The translations under genes and the position numbers were made by a program. Below are positions 10,829-20,481 of a DNA stretch of 64,000 bases, in pieces. The notes under the pieces are model-generated. The model ran no database searches, was not told where the DNA came from, and saw only the letters and a program-made list of their open reading frames with translations. Position 1 is the stretch's first letter, and the number at the start of each line of letters is the position of its first letter. This stretch comes from Microcoleus sp. (lineage in GTDB: Bacteria > Cyanobacteriota > Cyanobacteriia > Cyanobacteriales > Microcoleaceae). The stretch is taken from assembly GCA_052279835.1 (NCBI GenBank), contig CP181291.1, forward strand, positions 5,248,001-5,312,000. Reading direction: 5' to 3'.

Positions 10829-10915
10829 TGGAAACTGATCATAATCGTATAGGTCTAGCTATTGGTGTCGCCACTAGATCGATCGAACTTACCTTATTTT
10901 TTAACAATAGACTAG

Positions 10916-12484
10916 GTGGAAATTAATAAATTAACCTACAATCCTCCTTTGGCAGAGATTGAACTGCGACTACGAGGGCTGCTCCCAGCCTCACTGTACA
11001 CCTCCGCCTGGGTAGATTCGTCGCCAGCGACACTAATGGGGGTCTTCGAGCATCTACGTACTCTCCGATACATAATTCACGACTACGTGCCCAAACAGGT
11101 GTCGGAATCTCCTCCCAATCCAGGGGAAGTGAGCTACCAATGGCAAGAAGGGACTCTTCTGTTCACGGATTTAGCAGGGTTTACATCCTTATTGGAAGCA
11201 AATGCGGCCCTGGGACGCCAGGGAGCTGAAACCTTGCTGGGGGTGATTAACGACTATTTTGCCTCGATGATCGAAATTGTCAGTAAGTCCGGGGGAGATT
11301 TGCTGGAGTTTACCGGAGATGCGATGTTAGTGCAATTCCTGGCCGGCATTCACCAAGAGGATACAGCTAGGGCCGTCCGTGCTGGTTTGCGAATGCAGCG
11401 AGCCATGGCTAAATTTGCGCGTATTGAAACCCCACGGGGTGTTTTGTCTTTGAGGATGCGAGTGGGTATCCACTGCGGCCGCTACATTACTGCCGACATC
11501 GGTACGCCACTGCGGATGGCTCATGTGTTGCTTGGTCATTCAGTCCAGCAAGCCAAGCAAGCTGAGGGTTCTGGAACTGTGGGAAGGGTGTGTTTGACGA
11601 CTACTTCGAGTTTGTGTTTGGGAGAGCAATTTCGGTTTGAACCAGGAGCAGCGGGTTATTTTTTGGTGGTGGACGATCTGACGGAGGATCTACTAGGAGA
11701 ATATGATATTACTCTAACTAGACGGCGGATGCCGAGTTCGGTATTGCTCGATCGCAGCATTGCGGGCCTAGTGAGCGAAATCCAGGAAGCTCTCAACCGG
11801 GTTGAACCCCTTGCTAGCTATATCCCCAAGCCGATTCTGAGACTACTGGTAGAAAATGCTAACAGGCGAAAAATTCCCCCAGATTTTCCCGAACCAACGG
11901 TGATGTTTGTCAATTTAGTGGGCTTACCAGAGTCCATCGACAAAGCTTCACCGGAGGAAGAAGTAGCTCTGATTCTCGGTTGTTCGAGGGTTTTTGCGTC
12001 GATCGATGCCGTAGTATCAGCAAAAGCAGGCGTGTTGCAAAAAGTAACCGCGCACTTGAACGGTTCCGATATGCTGATCTATTTTGGCGTGCCCGACGCT
12101 CATCGGGATGATGCTTGTCGCGCCGCTAGCGCCGCTTTGGCGATACGAGAGATTATCACCACTTTGCATCCGCCAATTATCGGCGGTCAAGCAGTCAAAG
12201 TAAGCTGTCAAATAGGGCTGTGCCAGGGGCCCGTGTTTGCTGCTGAGGTTGGCGAACCCCGTGGTCGCAGGGAGTTTAATGTTTTGGGAGATACGGTGAA
12301 TACGGCGGCTAGATTGATGACCAAGGCTGGGGAAAACGAAATTTTGATTAGCGAAAGGGTGTTTGAGGCGATCGGCTTAGAATTCAATTGCGAGGCTTTG
12401 GGAGCTGTTGCTCTCAAGGGCAAATCGGCTCTGACTCCGATTTTTGCTTTACACGGTTCCCATCTCGAAAACGGAAAAGGGTAG
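10916..12484 (+). CDS. Class III nucleotidyl cyclase with two tandem catalytic domains
   Basis: Domain 1 has FTDLAGFT and FTGDAML; domain 2 has LGDTVNTAARL. Confidence 0.88.
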   Translation: MEINKLTYNPPLAEIELRLRGLLPASLYTSAWVDSSPATLMGVFEHLRTLRYIIHDYVPKQVSESPPNPGEVSYQWQEGTLLFTDLAGFTSLLEANAALGRQGAETLLGVINDYFASMIEIVSKSGGDLLEFTGDAMLVQFLAGIHQEDTARAVRAGLRMQRAMAKFARIETPRGVLSLRMRVGIHCGRYITADIGTPLRMAHVLLGHSVQQAKQAEGSGTVGRVCLTTTSSLCLGEQFRFEPGAAGYFLVVDDLTEDLLGEYDITLTRRRMPSSVLLDRSIAGLVSEIQEALNRVEPLASYIPKPILRLLVENANRRKIPPDFPEPTVMFVNLVGLPESIDKASPEEEVALILGCSRVFASIDAVVSAKAGVLQKVTAHLNGSDMLIYFGVPDAHRDDACRAASAALAIREIITTLHPPIIGGQAVKVSCQIGLCQGPVFAAEVGEPRGRREFNVLGDTVNTAARLMTKAGENEILISERVFEAIGLEFNCEALGAVALKGKSALTPIFALHGSHLENGKG

Positions 12485-12499
12485 ATCTAAATGGCTGGG

Positions 12500-13009
12500 T
12501 CAATCGCAAATACTAAATTCCGATCGATACTTCACAGTTGAGCTGCAATTGTCCAAAGCTCCACTTTCTAACTCCAACACCATAAAAGCCTCATCGGGAA
12601 CCTCATATTCACATCGCAAGTTTTTTCTACTAGCAGGAATGAAGCCAAAACGCGAATAGAAATCTGGATAGCCCAGCACAAACACTGCGTGAAATCCCGA
12701 TCGCACACACTCTTGTAAACCATGCTGGATCAGTAAGGTTCCTATACCTTGGCGCTGATAGTTGGGAAGAACTGCCACAGGTCCCAAGCCCAGAATCGAC
12801 AACTCCCTGGAACATTTCTCAACCAATGTAACCGGACTGAAAAAAACCTGTCCGACAATGCGATCGGATTGCACTGCAACCAAGGAAAATGTAGATCTAA
12901 TTCCGCGCAATCGATCTACTAAATTTGCCTCATTTGCTCGCCCGAATGCCGTCATGTTAACTTCGCGAACGGCTGTTAAATCTTCTGGTTTTTCAGTCCG
13001 AATATCCAT
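12500..13009 (-). CDS. GNAT N-acetyltransferase, YhbS-like
   Basis: LGPVAVLPNYQRQGIG and VLGYPDFYSRFGF. Confidence 0.9.
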   Translation of the reverse strand: MDIRTEKPEDLTAVREVNMTAFGRANEANLVDRLRGIRSTFSLVAVQSDRIVGQVFFSPVTLVEKCSRELSILGLGPVAVLPNYQRQGIGTLLIQHGLQECVRSGFHAVFVLGYPDFYSRFGFIPASRKNLRCEYEVPDEAFMVLELESGALDNCSSTVKYRSEFSICD

Positions 13010-13048
13010 ACTATTGAGTTTAACTTAAATAGGATCGCATCACTCTCC

Positions 13049-14113
13049 TTATTGTGGCACAAGCTGACCAGAAGACAATCGTTTAATCCCCTCCATCGCT
13101 GTAGTTTCTCCTGCTTTGTCTCCACCCTCGCGGGCATTTTTCAAAGCTCGTTCGTAGGATTCCAAAGCTTTAGCATACTGACCTTGACCTTCATAAATCG
13201 CACCCATATTATTCAGCAAACGTCCCACACTTGTCTTGTCACCGATGGCTTCTAGCATAATCATTGCTTGCTGAAAATAGATCAGGGCTTGACTATCTTT
13301 ACCCAGTTTGCGAGAAGTAAGTGCCATGTTATTGAGCAAGCGACCGACACCCGCCCTATCTGCTATTTCACGGCGAATAGCCAAAGCTTGCTGGTAAAAT
13401 TCCATCGCTCTGTTGAAGTCGCCGATGTTGTAATAGACTCCACCCATGTTATTGAGGGTACGCCCTAAATCTCGTCGATCGCCCTTAGCGGTGCGAATGG
13501 TTCGGGCTTGCTGGTAAAATTCGATCGCCTTGGCATAATTTCCCTGTTCTCCATACACAGCCCCAATATTGTGAAAAGATTCTCCAATTTCAATTTCATC
13601 CTCAGCAGTTTTAGCTAATTCCAAAGCTTCTTGATGCAGTTTCATCGCTTCGGAAAAATTGTCCGCAACCCGGTTGATAAAACCCATGAGATTGAGGGTT
13701 CGCGCCGTGCTACTCCTAGCCCCGATGTCTCGGTTAATGACTAAAGCTTGCTGCAAAACTGCTAAAGCTTTGGGAAGTAAACCGATTTCGCCGTAAACTT
13801 CCCCTAAATTATTGAGGGTTTCTCCTATCCCCGGTTTGTCACCTAATTGCTGGCGAATTGCCAAAGCTTGTTCAAAAGCTTCGATTGCTTCCCGAAACAA
13901 ACCTTGGCGGTGATCCTTTATGCCTTTTTCCTGGAGTGTGTCTGCTTGTGTTTTGAGGTTTGTTGCTTGGGCGCGATCGGTCCCTGGGAAGCCCCTAGGA
14001 TTTATCATTGGAGCAGATGCCAAAGCCTCTGAGAGGCCTAAGAATGTCAGCGCAGGCGATAGGACAAGAGTTATAGCTGCGACATAGCTGAAGTGGTAAG
14101 AGCGGCTGTACAC
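13049..14113 (-). CDS. Secreted TPR protein
   Basis: Signal-like N-terminus and repeated LNN(L/M)G..Y...G.Y.KA units. Confidence 0.85.
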   Translation of the reverse strand: MYSRSYHFSYVAAITLVLSPALTFLGLSEALASAPMINPRGFPGTDRAQATNLKTQADTLQEKGIKDHRQGLFREAIEAFEQALAIRQQLGDKPGIGETLNNLGEVYGEIGLLPKALAVLQQALVINRDIGARSSTARTLNLMGFINRVADNFSEAMKLHQEALELAKTAEDEIEIGESFHNIGAVYGEQGNYAKAIEFYQQARTIRTAKGDRRDLGRTLNNMGGVYYNIGDFNRAMEFYQQALAIRREIADRAGVGRLLNNMALTSRKLGKDSQALIYFQQAMIMLEAIGDKTSVGRLLNNMGAIYEGQGQYAKALESYERALKNAREGGDKAGETTAMEGIKRLSSGQLVPQ

Positions 14114-14230
14114 CGAACAAGTCCTCCAAAAGCCAAATTATCTAACTTTCAAGATAGAGCTATTTTGGCTTACTGGCACATTTGTTCTCAGCTAATATCT
14201 TCTGAGCTTGCTTAGGGAAAATTCCTTCTC

Positions 14231-14470
14231 TCACCAAATAGCCATAATCAGTGGCATATTGTTGAGTGCGGAAATCAGAACTGGGTTTTTACTGAATGGA
14301 AGTGATGCTTGTTCTGAACTATGCAAGATGATATCTTTTGTGTCAAGTGTGATCCAGGCAATTCCTGACAATACTTGAACTTCTCGATGAGTTTGAGGCA
14401 CTCTGTATACCTCGTTTTTCATCAGGATAATGCGATTTGGTGCTACTAACTCGGAAGCTGTTTGAAGCAT
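14231..14470 (-). CDS. Small DUF2917-like protein
   Basis: VQVLSGIAWIT...DIIL motif and GGAG RBS. Confidence 0.6.
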   Translation of the reverse strand: MLQTASELVAPNRIILMKNEVYRVPQTHREVQVLSGIAWITLDTKDIILHSSEQASLPFSKNPVLISALNNMPLIMAIW

Positions 14471-14543
14471 ACTATCTCCTGTGAAATTAAATTGTCACCA
14501 ACCAAAAAATCCGAAAATCAAAAGCAATAATTATGGGAAATGT

Positions 14544-14837
14544 TTATTGGTAATAATGCCGATCGATCCAAGCGCGCATTTCATCATCCGTCGCGGCCCA
14601 TGTAGAGCGACCAGTCAAGGGATCGAAACCGTGCCACCAACTATTACCATCGCGATCGGCAGTCTGCCAAATTCTCAGTTTAGGCCCGCCCACAGCGGCG
14701 ACTAGCAAAAACTGTCCAATTTGATTCATAGCTGAAAAGAGCCATTGCCCTTGCGGTTTTTTAGCGGGTAAAGCTCGAAGGTCAATCCCAAAAAATCTCG
14801 ATGATTGGGATTTTTGCACTTTTTTATAAGTAGACAT
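14544..14837 (-). CDS. Conserved cyanobacterial hypothetical protein
   Basis: RIWQTADRDG..WW..FDP.TG....EMRAWID..YY motif. Confidence 0.7.
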   Translation of the reverse strand: MSTYKKVQKSQSSRFFGIDLRALPAKKPQGQWLFSAMNQIGQFLLVAAVGGPKLRIWQTADRDGNSWWHGFDPLTGRSTWAATDDEMRAWIDRHYYQ

Positions 14838-15195
14838 AGCCAACACCTAAGTAGTGTTAAATTTCACAAAATTTACAGGCTATATTGGCAAATATTACTA
14901 TTTTTTACTGCCAAATATAGACAACACAACTTTATGAAAATCAATCTGTTACCTCATGAATTAACCTTAACTCTTTGGTAATTGACAATCAAATCATTGT
15001 TTGCATAGATTGTATGAATAAAATCGATACTTCGATTTAGTTAGCTCAAGTCAAGGGGAAAAACCCCCGCTAATGCTGGCTTTGGGGGATGGGAGACCTT
15101 AGCGATCGAGGCGATGGGGGGGAGTTTTCCCTAGTATTAGTCTTCCATGGTCCGTCTAGGATTAAATACCCGGAGGCTCTCCCTCCCATGGCTGA

Positions 15196-15315
15196 TTACC
15201 AATTCCGGTTGTATCGGAATGATTAGAATGATTAAACCACAGAGGACACAGAGGACACAGAGAAAGAGAAAAGAGAAAAGAGAAATAATAATTCTGATGT
15301 CAACGGATTTGATAT
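15196..15315. mobile_element. MITE-like element with ATATCAAWTCC-type terminal inverted repeats
   Basis: Related copies at 31865-31997, 37459-37590, 37592-37706, 51483-51566, 52122-52137 and 56617-56713. Confidence 0.6.
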
Positions 15316-15362
15316 GATTACCAGTTCTCAATTCCCACTTGCTACTTTGCCTAATGTTTGTG

Positions 15363-16229
15363 TCAGCCTTCATCGGATTTTGATAACTGCCAAAGTTGGA
15401 TTTCATAACACAAATGCTGGTCAAAAAGTTTGCCTGCTGCCAATCCTTCAACTACCAATTTTTTGAACCAGCGACGAAATATCCAGCGCAAGAGTTTGTG
15501 TATGGGCGGAACTGCGATCGCAATTAAGTCTGCCACATAAATCATCGTGTTCAGTCCATACCTGCGGAAAGTATCGACATACAAATCAATTGTAGGCAAA
15601 ATATGAGCCGAAATATCCTCAGTTTTTACTAAACTGAATCCAGCCTGTTTTAAGGCTTCATGAAGTTCTGTAACAACATGACAATTAGAGAACATTCCCT
15701 CTTGATAATTAGCATCAGAGCGCAGCATATCGGCAAGCAACACGTAGCCACCAGGATTAAGGATTTTGGCGGCGCCGTTAGCAATATCAACGGCCGACAT
15801 ATATTGGCTACTTTCGCTAAAGAGGATTAGATCGTAGGATGTGGTTGCTTGGAAGTTTTCAAAGGTTGTGAGGTGGAAGATGGTGCGATCGCCTGTACAC
15901 TTGAGAAAGCGCTGTTGTTGAAATGGATCGGGTGCGAGTCCTTCGACTGCAAAACCGCGATCGAGCAAATAAGCCGCATTTCCCCCAATCCCACAGCCCA
16001 CATCCAGGATGCTATGAGTGCCTTGGGGAATGAAATCCAACAGTTTTACAGTATAAGCTTGCTGAGCGATACGTAATCGCGCGAGTGTTAGTTCATCCGC
16101 CGGCACAGGTAGGGTTTCCCAATAGCCATAGTGAAGATAGGGGGATTCTGTCAAGCCCAAATAGTAATTAAGCGCTGCATTTTGGTAGCGAGTTACGTTG
16201 GAAATTTCGATGGATTTTGGCTGGGACAT
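15363..16229 (-). CDS. Class I SAM-dependent methyltransferase, tocopherol/sterol C-methyltransferase-like
   Basis: LHYGYW, ILDVGCGIGG, FSES, LNPGG. Confidence 0.88.
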   Translation of the reverse strand: MSQPKSIEISNVTRYQNAALNYYLGLTESPYLHYGYWETLPVPADELTLARLRIAQQAYTVKLLDFIPQGTHSILDVGCGIGGNAAYLLDRGFAVEGLAPDPFQQQRFLKCTGDRTIFHLTTFENFQATTSYDLILFSESSQYMSAVDIANGAAKILNPGGYVLLADMLRSDANYQEGMFSNCHVVTELHEALKQAGFSLVKTEDISAHILPTIDLYVDTFRRYGLNTMIYVADLIAIAVPPIHKLLRWIFRRWFKKLVVEGLAAGKLFDQHLCYEIQLWQLSKSDEG

Positions 16230-16248
16230 TGGAAAAATTCCGTAAGTT

Positions 16249-16689
16249 TTAGGGTTTCGGGCAGGGTTGAAATTCTTCCCAGCGGTTGCATACTTGTTCA
16301 TAGCACTCAACCGGCGAAATTGCCAAGTTTTGCAACAAATTGATATCTATGTGATTATTAGCAAGCAGTATAAAAATAATTGCTGTTTCAGGTTCGTAGG
16401 TAGCAATGATTTGAAACAGATTTGAAACCGTGTTTTCATCCAGTTCTAGTTGTTGTAAATAAGCAGTGGCGTGGCATTGGGAAACAAACTGCAAATCATA
16501 CTTTACAGTATCTACGCTCCAATTTATAGAGCCGTTAATGGGAGTATTAATTTCACAAACAACAACGCCTCTTCCTAGATGCCAAAAGCCATTCCAAGCA
16601 GTATATCCGATCGACAAAATATTCTGATGAATAAACAAGTTTTGCCAGTAACCAAAACTACCCTGCCAAACACTATCTTCGATTCGCAT
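16249..16689 (-). CDS. Hypothetical protein, first gene after the B12 riboswitch
   Basis: 146-aa ORF with IGYTAWNGF...GRGVVVC and YEPE...I motifs, 19 bp upstream of the methyltransferase. Confidence 0.75.
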   Translation of the reverse strand: MRIEDSVWQGSFGYWQNLFIHQNILSIGYTAWNGFWHLGRGVVVCEINTPINGSINWSVDTVKYDLQFVSQCHATAYLQQLELDENTVSNLFQIIATYEPETAIIFILLANNHIDINLLQNLAISPVECYEQVCNRWEEFQPCPKP

Positions 16690-16844
16690 TTCTTTTAGTT
16701 TCCCGTTGCGCCGACACCAAGCAGTTTCAACTCGAAATTGCCTTTTTGTCGATCGTCCAAGGGAACGCAACAGCAGATTATTTGTAAAAATACTGAACTA
16801 ACCATCATCTATACCTCGCAGATGAAAAACATGATTGCCAACAA

Positions 16845-16965
16845 ATCGGCGGGCATCCTGACTCAGAGAAGCAATAATCTCATTACAGTTGCGGGACAGC
16901 GCCGGATTCGCACCGAACTTTCCCCCTTACGTCTGATGTGTGTTTGTCATCAGAGCCGATCGATA
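16845..16965 (-). promoter_or_regulatory. Cobalamin riboswitch
   Basis: Minus strand AAGGGGGAAAGTTCGGTGCGAATCCGGCGCTGTCCCGCAACTGTAA...GAGTCAGGATGCCCGCC (B12 box). Confidence 0.92.
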
Positions 16966-17032
16966 TACGGGGATATTACCACTATTTTGAATATTTGACA
17001 AAAATAGCTCTTAAAAATTCAGCAGGCGGGCT

Positions 17033-17430
17033 TCATACAGCATTTGCTGTTTCACGTACAGATCGAATAAAATGAACTATCTCTTGCATAACTGAAGACA
17101 ATTGTAGAATCTCAATATCTTTATTAGTCAATCGATAGATAATTTCTGAGGGATCTCGAAAGTCTTTGCTTTCAACCAAACAAGACAGTCCAGATGAATA
17201 GACCCACACCATCAATTTGTTCGACTTTTTCCCCAAAGAGTTCCACGCTATAAGGCCATTTTACCTCTGCGCCATCAAGTTGAAATGCTCGTAAAACTAG
17301 GTACTCAAAGGCTTGGCCCGCGTCCCATCCTGGGGTGCTACGATTCTCGATATTGTCCCATAGAGTTCGTAAGCCATCCCATTGGAGCGATTGAATCATC
17401 CTTTCATAGTCTTTTGACGCAACCAAGTCT
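17033..17430 (-). pseudogene. PD-(D/E)xK restriction endonuclease remnant, frameshifted and truncated
   Basis: AFEYLVLRAF...EQIDG continues as VYSSGLSCLVESKD after an extra G near 17204. Confidence 0.7.
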
Positions 17431-17522
17431 AATACTCCAAACAACTACACGCTTCTAATATTGTATGTCACCACACTATCACATCTTGCTGTAGGCATAG
17501 CCCGATCGCCCTTTGCTACCTA

Positions 17523-17587
17523 TTTTCATAATATTTTCATTATCTTCGATTTTATGCTAGATTAAAAGAATGAAATAATTATGAAAA
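17523..17587. promoter_or_regulatory. Two ManR-type direct-repeat boxes upstream of mntC
   Basis: AATGAAAA-N3-TATGAAAA on the minus strand (17523-17541) and AATGAAAT-N3-TATGAAAA on the plus strand (17569-17587), matching the recalled WATGARAR-N3-WATGARAR motif. Confidence 0.6.
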
Positions 17588-17593
17588 ATCAGA

Positions 17594-18571
17594 ATGAATC
17601 ATCAAGCATTATGCCGTAAAACCTATCAAATTGGTATAGTCGGGCTATTACTAGGAGTTTGGCTCAGCGGGTGCAGCAGTCCGACAACAGGGCCTCAAAC
17701 CAAGCAGAATGGCGATTCTAGCGCCACTGCTAGCGATTCGACCAAAAAAGATAAAAAAGTCATTCTTACCACCTTTACCGTCCTGGCAGACATGGCTCAG
17801 AACGTTGCGGGGGATAAGGCGATCGTCCAATCCATCACCAAGCCTGGGGCGGAAATTCACGGCTATGAAGTTACACCCAGCGACTTAAAACGCGGACAAA
17901 ATGCTAATTTGATTTTGGAAAACGGACTCAACTTAGAGCGCTGGGCAACCCGATTTTACAACAGTCTGCCCAAAGTTTCTCACATTACCCTCAGTGAGGG
18001 AGTCCCACCAGTAAATATTGCAGAAGATGCCTATCGCGGCAAACCGAATCCCCACGCTTGGATGTCGCCCAAAAATGCTGTAATTTACGTGGAAAATATT
18101 CGCAAGATATTAGGAAATCTCGATCCGGCTAATGCTGCAAGCTATAACGCGAATGCGGCAAAATACAGCGAGCAAATAAAGGCGATCGATGCCAAACTCA
18201 AACAAGCTATTTCAGCTATTCCCCCAGACAAACGCTACATAGTAAGCTGTGAAGGAGCTTTTTCTTATATCGCCCGCGATTACGGCTTAAAAGAAGTTTA
18301 CCTGTGGCCTGTTAACGCCGAACAACAAGCCACACCGAAACAAGTTGAACGGGTGATTAATACAGTCAAAGCTAACCAAATACCGGCTGTATTTTGCGAG
18401 AGTACCGTCAACAACAAAGCACAACTTCAGGTAGCAAAGGAAACAGGCGCAAAATTTGCCGGGGTGTTTTATGTCGATTCGCTGTCTCCACCCGATGGGC
18501 CCGCATCAACCTATCTTAAGTTACTTGAATATAACATCAATACTCTGATAAAAGGGTTACAGGGTAAGTAA
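17594..18571 (+). CDS. mntC: Mn ABC transporter substrate-binding lipoprotein
   Basis: LSGC lipobox, EIHGYE, PNPHAWMSP, CEGAFSY, YVDSLS. Confidence 0.9.
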   Translation: MNHQALCRKTYQIGIVGLLLGVWLSGCSSPTTGPQTKQNGDSSATASDSTKKDKKVILTTFTVLADMAQNVAGDKAIVQSITKPGAEIHGYEVTPSDLKRGQNANLILENGLNLERWATRFYNSLPKVSHITLSEGVPPVNIAEDAYRGKPNPHAWMSPKNAVIYVENIRKILGNLDPANAASYNANAAKYSEQIKAIDAKLKQAISAIPPDKRYIVSCEGAFSYIARDYGLKEVYLWPVNAEQQATPKQVERVINTVKANQIPAVFCESTVNNKAQLQVAKETGAKFAGVFYVDSLSPPDGPASTYLKLLEYNINTLIKGLQGK

Positions 18572-18682
18572 GGAAGAAGGAAGAAGGAAGAAGGAAGAAG
18601 GAAGGATTCTCATACAGCAAGCTTTTTAGCCATCTGTATCTTACGTTTAATTAAGTAAAGTTACTTAAGGGAAATAAAAAAG

Positions 18683-19459
18683 ATGAATGAAATCGGCATT
18701 GATATTGAGAATGTGACAGTTGCCTATCATGGCAAAGTAGCTTTGCACAGCGCCTCGTTGCAACTTAAAGCAGGGACGATTTGCGGTTTGGTGGGGATGA
18801 ATGGCGCGGGAAAATCGACTCTGTTTAAGGCAATTATGGGGTTTGTCCACCCAAATACCGGACGAATTTTAATTAATGGGTTGCCGATTAGTCAAGTGCA
18901 AAAACGCAATCTGGTTGCCTATGTGCCTCAGTCGGAAGAGGTAGATTGGCATTTTCCGGTGAATGTTTATGATGTGGTAATGATGGGACGCTATGGGTAT
19001 ATGAATCTGCTGCGGATTCCTGGGGCGATCGACAAACAAGCCGTGCGAGAAAGTTTGGAAAGGGTGGAAATGTGGGATATGCGCGATCGGCAAATCGGAG
19101 AGTTATCCGGTGGACAAAAAAAACGCACCTTTTTTGCGCGGGCGCTGGCGCAACAGGGAACGGTTTTACTGTTAGATGAACCCTTTGCTGGAGTGGATAT
19201 CAAAACTGAGAAGATGATGATTAACCTGTTGATGGAACTGCGTCAAACAGGACATACAATTCTGGTTTCAACTCACGATTTAGAATCTATTACCACATTT
19301 TGCGACCAAGTAGTATTAATTAATCGCAGCATTCTCGCCTATGGTAACACCTCTGAAGTGTTTACAGAGGAAAATATTTCCCGCACTTTTGGGGGTGCTG
19401 TGGGGAGTTTTTCGTTTGCCAAAAATCGGTTAACTAAAGTCAATAGGGAGGAAAAATAA
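18683..19459 (+). CDS. mntA: Mn ABC transporter ATPase
   Basis: [20 protein letters not shown]. Confidence 0.9.
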   Translation: MNEIGIDIENVTVAYHGKVALHSASLQLKAGTICGLVGMNGAGKSTLFKAIMGFVHPNTGRILINGLPISQVQKRNLVAYVPQSEEVDWHFPVNVYDVVMMGRYGYMNLLRIPGAIDKQAVRESLERVEMWDMRDRQIGELSGGQKKRTFFARALAQQGTVLLLDEPFAGVDIKTEKMMINLLMELRQTGHTILVSTHDLESITTFCDQVVLINRSILAYGNTSEVFTEENISRTFGGAVGSFSFAKNRLTKVNREEK

Positions 19460-20316
19460 TGGATTTAATTCAGTGGTTTGCAGCACCTTTGCAGTATGAA
19501 TTCATGGTGAAGGCGATTTTAGTCAGCGCTTTAGTAGGGCTGGTTTGTTCGGCGCTTTCTTGCTACATGACTTTGAAAGGATGGGCTTTGATGGGCGATG
19601 CGGTTTCTCATGCGGTGATGCCGGGAGTTGTGATTGCTTATGTGTTGAATATCCCTTTGGCGGTGGGGGCTTTTGTATTTGGGGTGGGTTCGGTAATGGC
19701 GATCGGCTTTATTAAAGCCCAAACTCGCGTTAAAGAAGATACGGTAATCGGTTTAGTGTTTACGGGATTTTTTGCCTTTGGTTTGGTGTTAATTTCTAAA
19801 GTCAGAAGTTCGATAGATTTAACTCATATTTTGTTTGGCAATGTTTTGGGCATTTCGGATGCTGATATTACTCAGACTGTAATTATTAGTGTCATTACTT
19901 TAGTAACTTTGGCAATTTTACGCAAAGATTTAATTTTGTTTTGTTTTGACTCTACTCACGCGCGATCGATTGGTTTAAATATCACTTTTCTGTATTATGT
20001 GTTGCTGTCTTTGCTATCCCTGACGGCGGTGGCGGGACTTCAGACTGTGGGGATTATTTTAGTGGTAGCAATGTTGGTGACTCCGGGGGCGACGGCGTAT
20101 TTATTGAGTGATAATTTTGACCATATGACGTTAATTGCGATCGCCACTGGTGTCTTTTCTAGTGTGATGGGAACATATATCAGCTATTATATTGATGGTT
20201 CCACAGGCGGATGTATTGTGGTGCTACAAACGCTGCTGTTTGTATTAGCAATGATTTTTGCTCCCAAACATGGTTTATTAGTTAAAGCTCGGAATTCCCA
20301 AACCCTTGGCCAATAA
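19459..20316 (+). CDS. mntB: Mn ABC transporter permease
   Basis: LMGDAVSHAVMPG, ILFGNVLGI. Confidence 0.9.
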   Translation: MDLIQWFAAPLQYEFMVKAILVSALVGLVCSALSCYMTLKGWALMGDAVSHAVMPGVVIAYVLNIPLAVGAFVFGVGSVMAIGFIKAQTRVKEDTVIGLVFTGFFAFGLVLISKVRSSIDLTHILFGNVLGISDADITQTVIISVITLVTLAILRKDLILFCFDSTHARSIGLNITFLYYVLLSLLSLTAVAGLQTVGIILVVAMLVTPGATAYLLSDNFDHMTLIAIATGVFSSVMGTYISYYIDGSTGGCIVVLQTLLFVLAMIFAPKHGLLVKARNSQTLGQ

Positions 20317-20343
20317 AGCAGGAATCAATTATATTTATTTCTT

Positions 20344-20461
20344 AGTCCGCGCAGGCGGACATTGTTTGTGTAGCAGCGGTTTCAACCGCCGAGTTCTGAA
20401 TTCTTTACTTCTTACTCTGGGCAGGCGGACATTGTTTGTGTAGCAGCGGTTTCAACCGCCG
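20344..20461. repeat. Two copies of the GCAGGCGGAC...GTAGCAGCGGTTTCAACCGCC REP-like repeat
   Basis: Direct repeats read from sequence; related to 24453-24608. Confidence 0.75.
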
Positions 20462-20481
20462 ATGGATCGACAGGAAACAAA

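Noticed and set aside
12500..13030. GTTAAAC core-like site shortly before the GNAT start, suggesting another cassette
   Set aside because: No attC downstream, and a 7-mer is expected by chance
20344..20461. Repeats with a spacer resembling a mini CRISPR array (also 24453-24608)
   Set aside because: Only two units of a dispersed REP family, and no cas genes or leader
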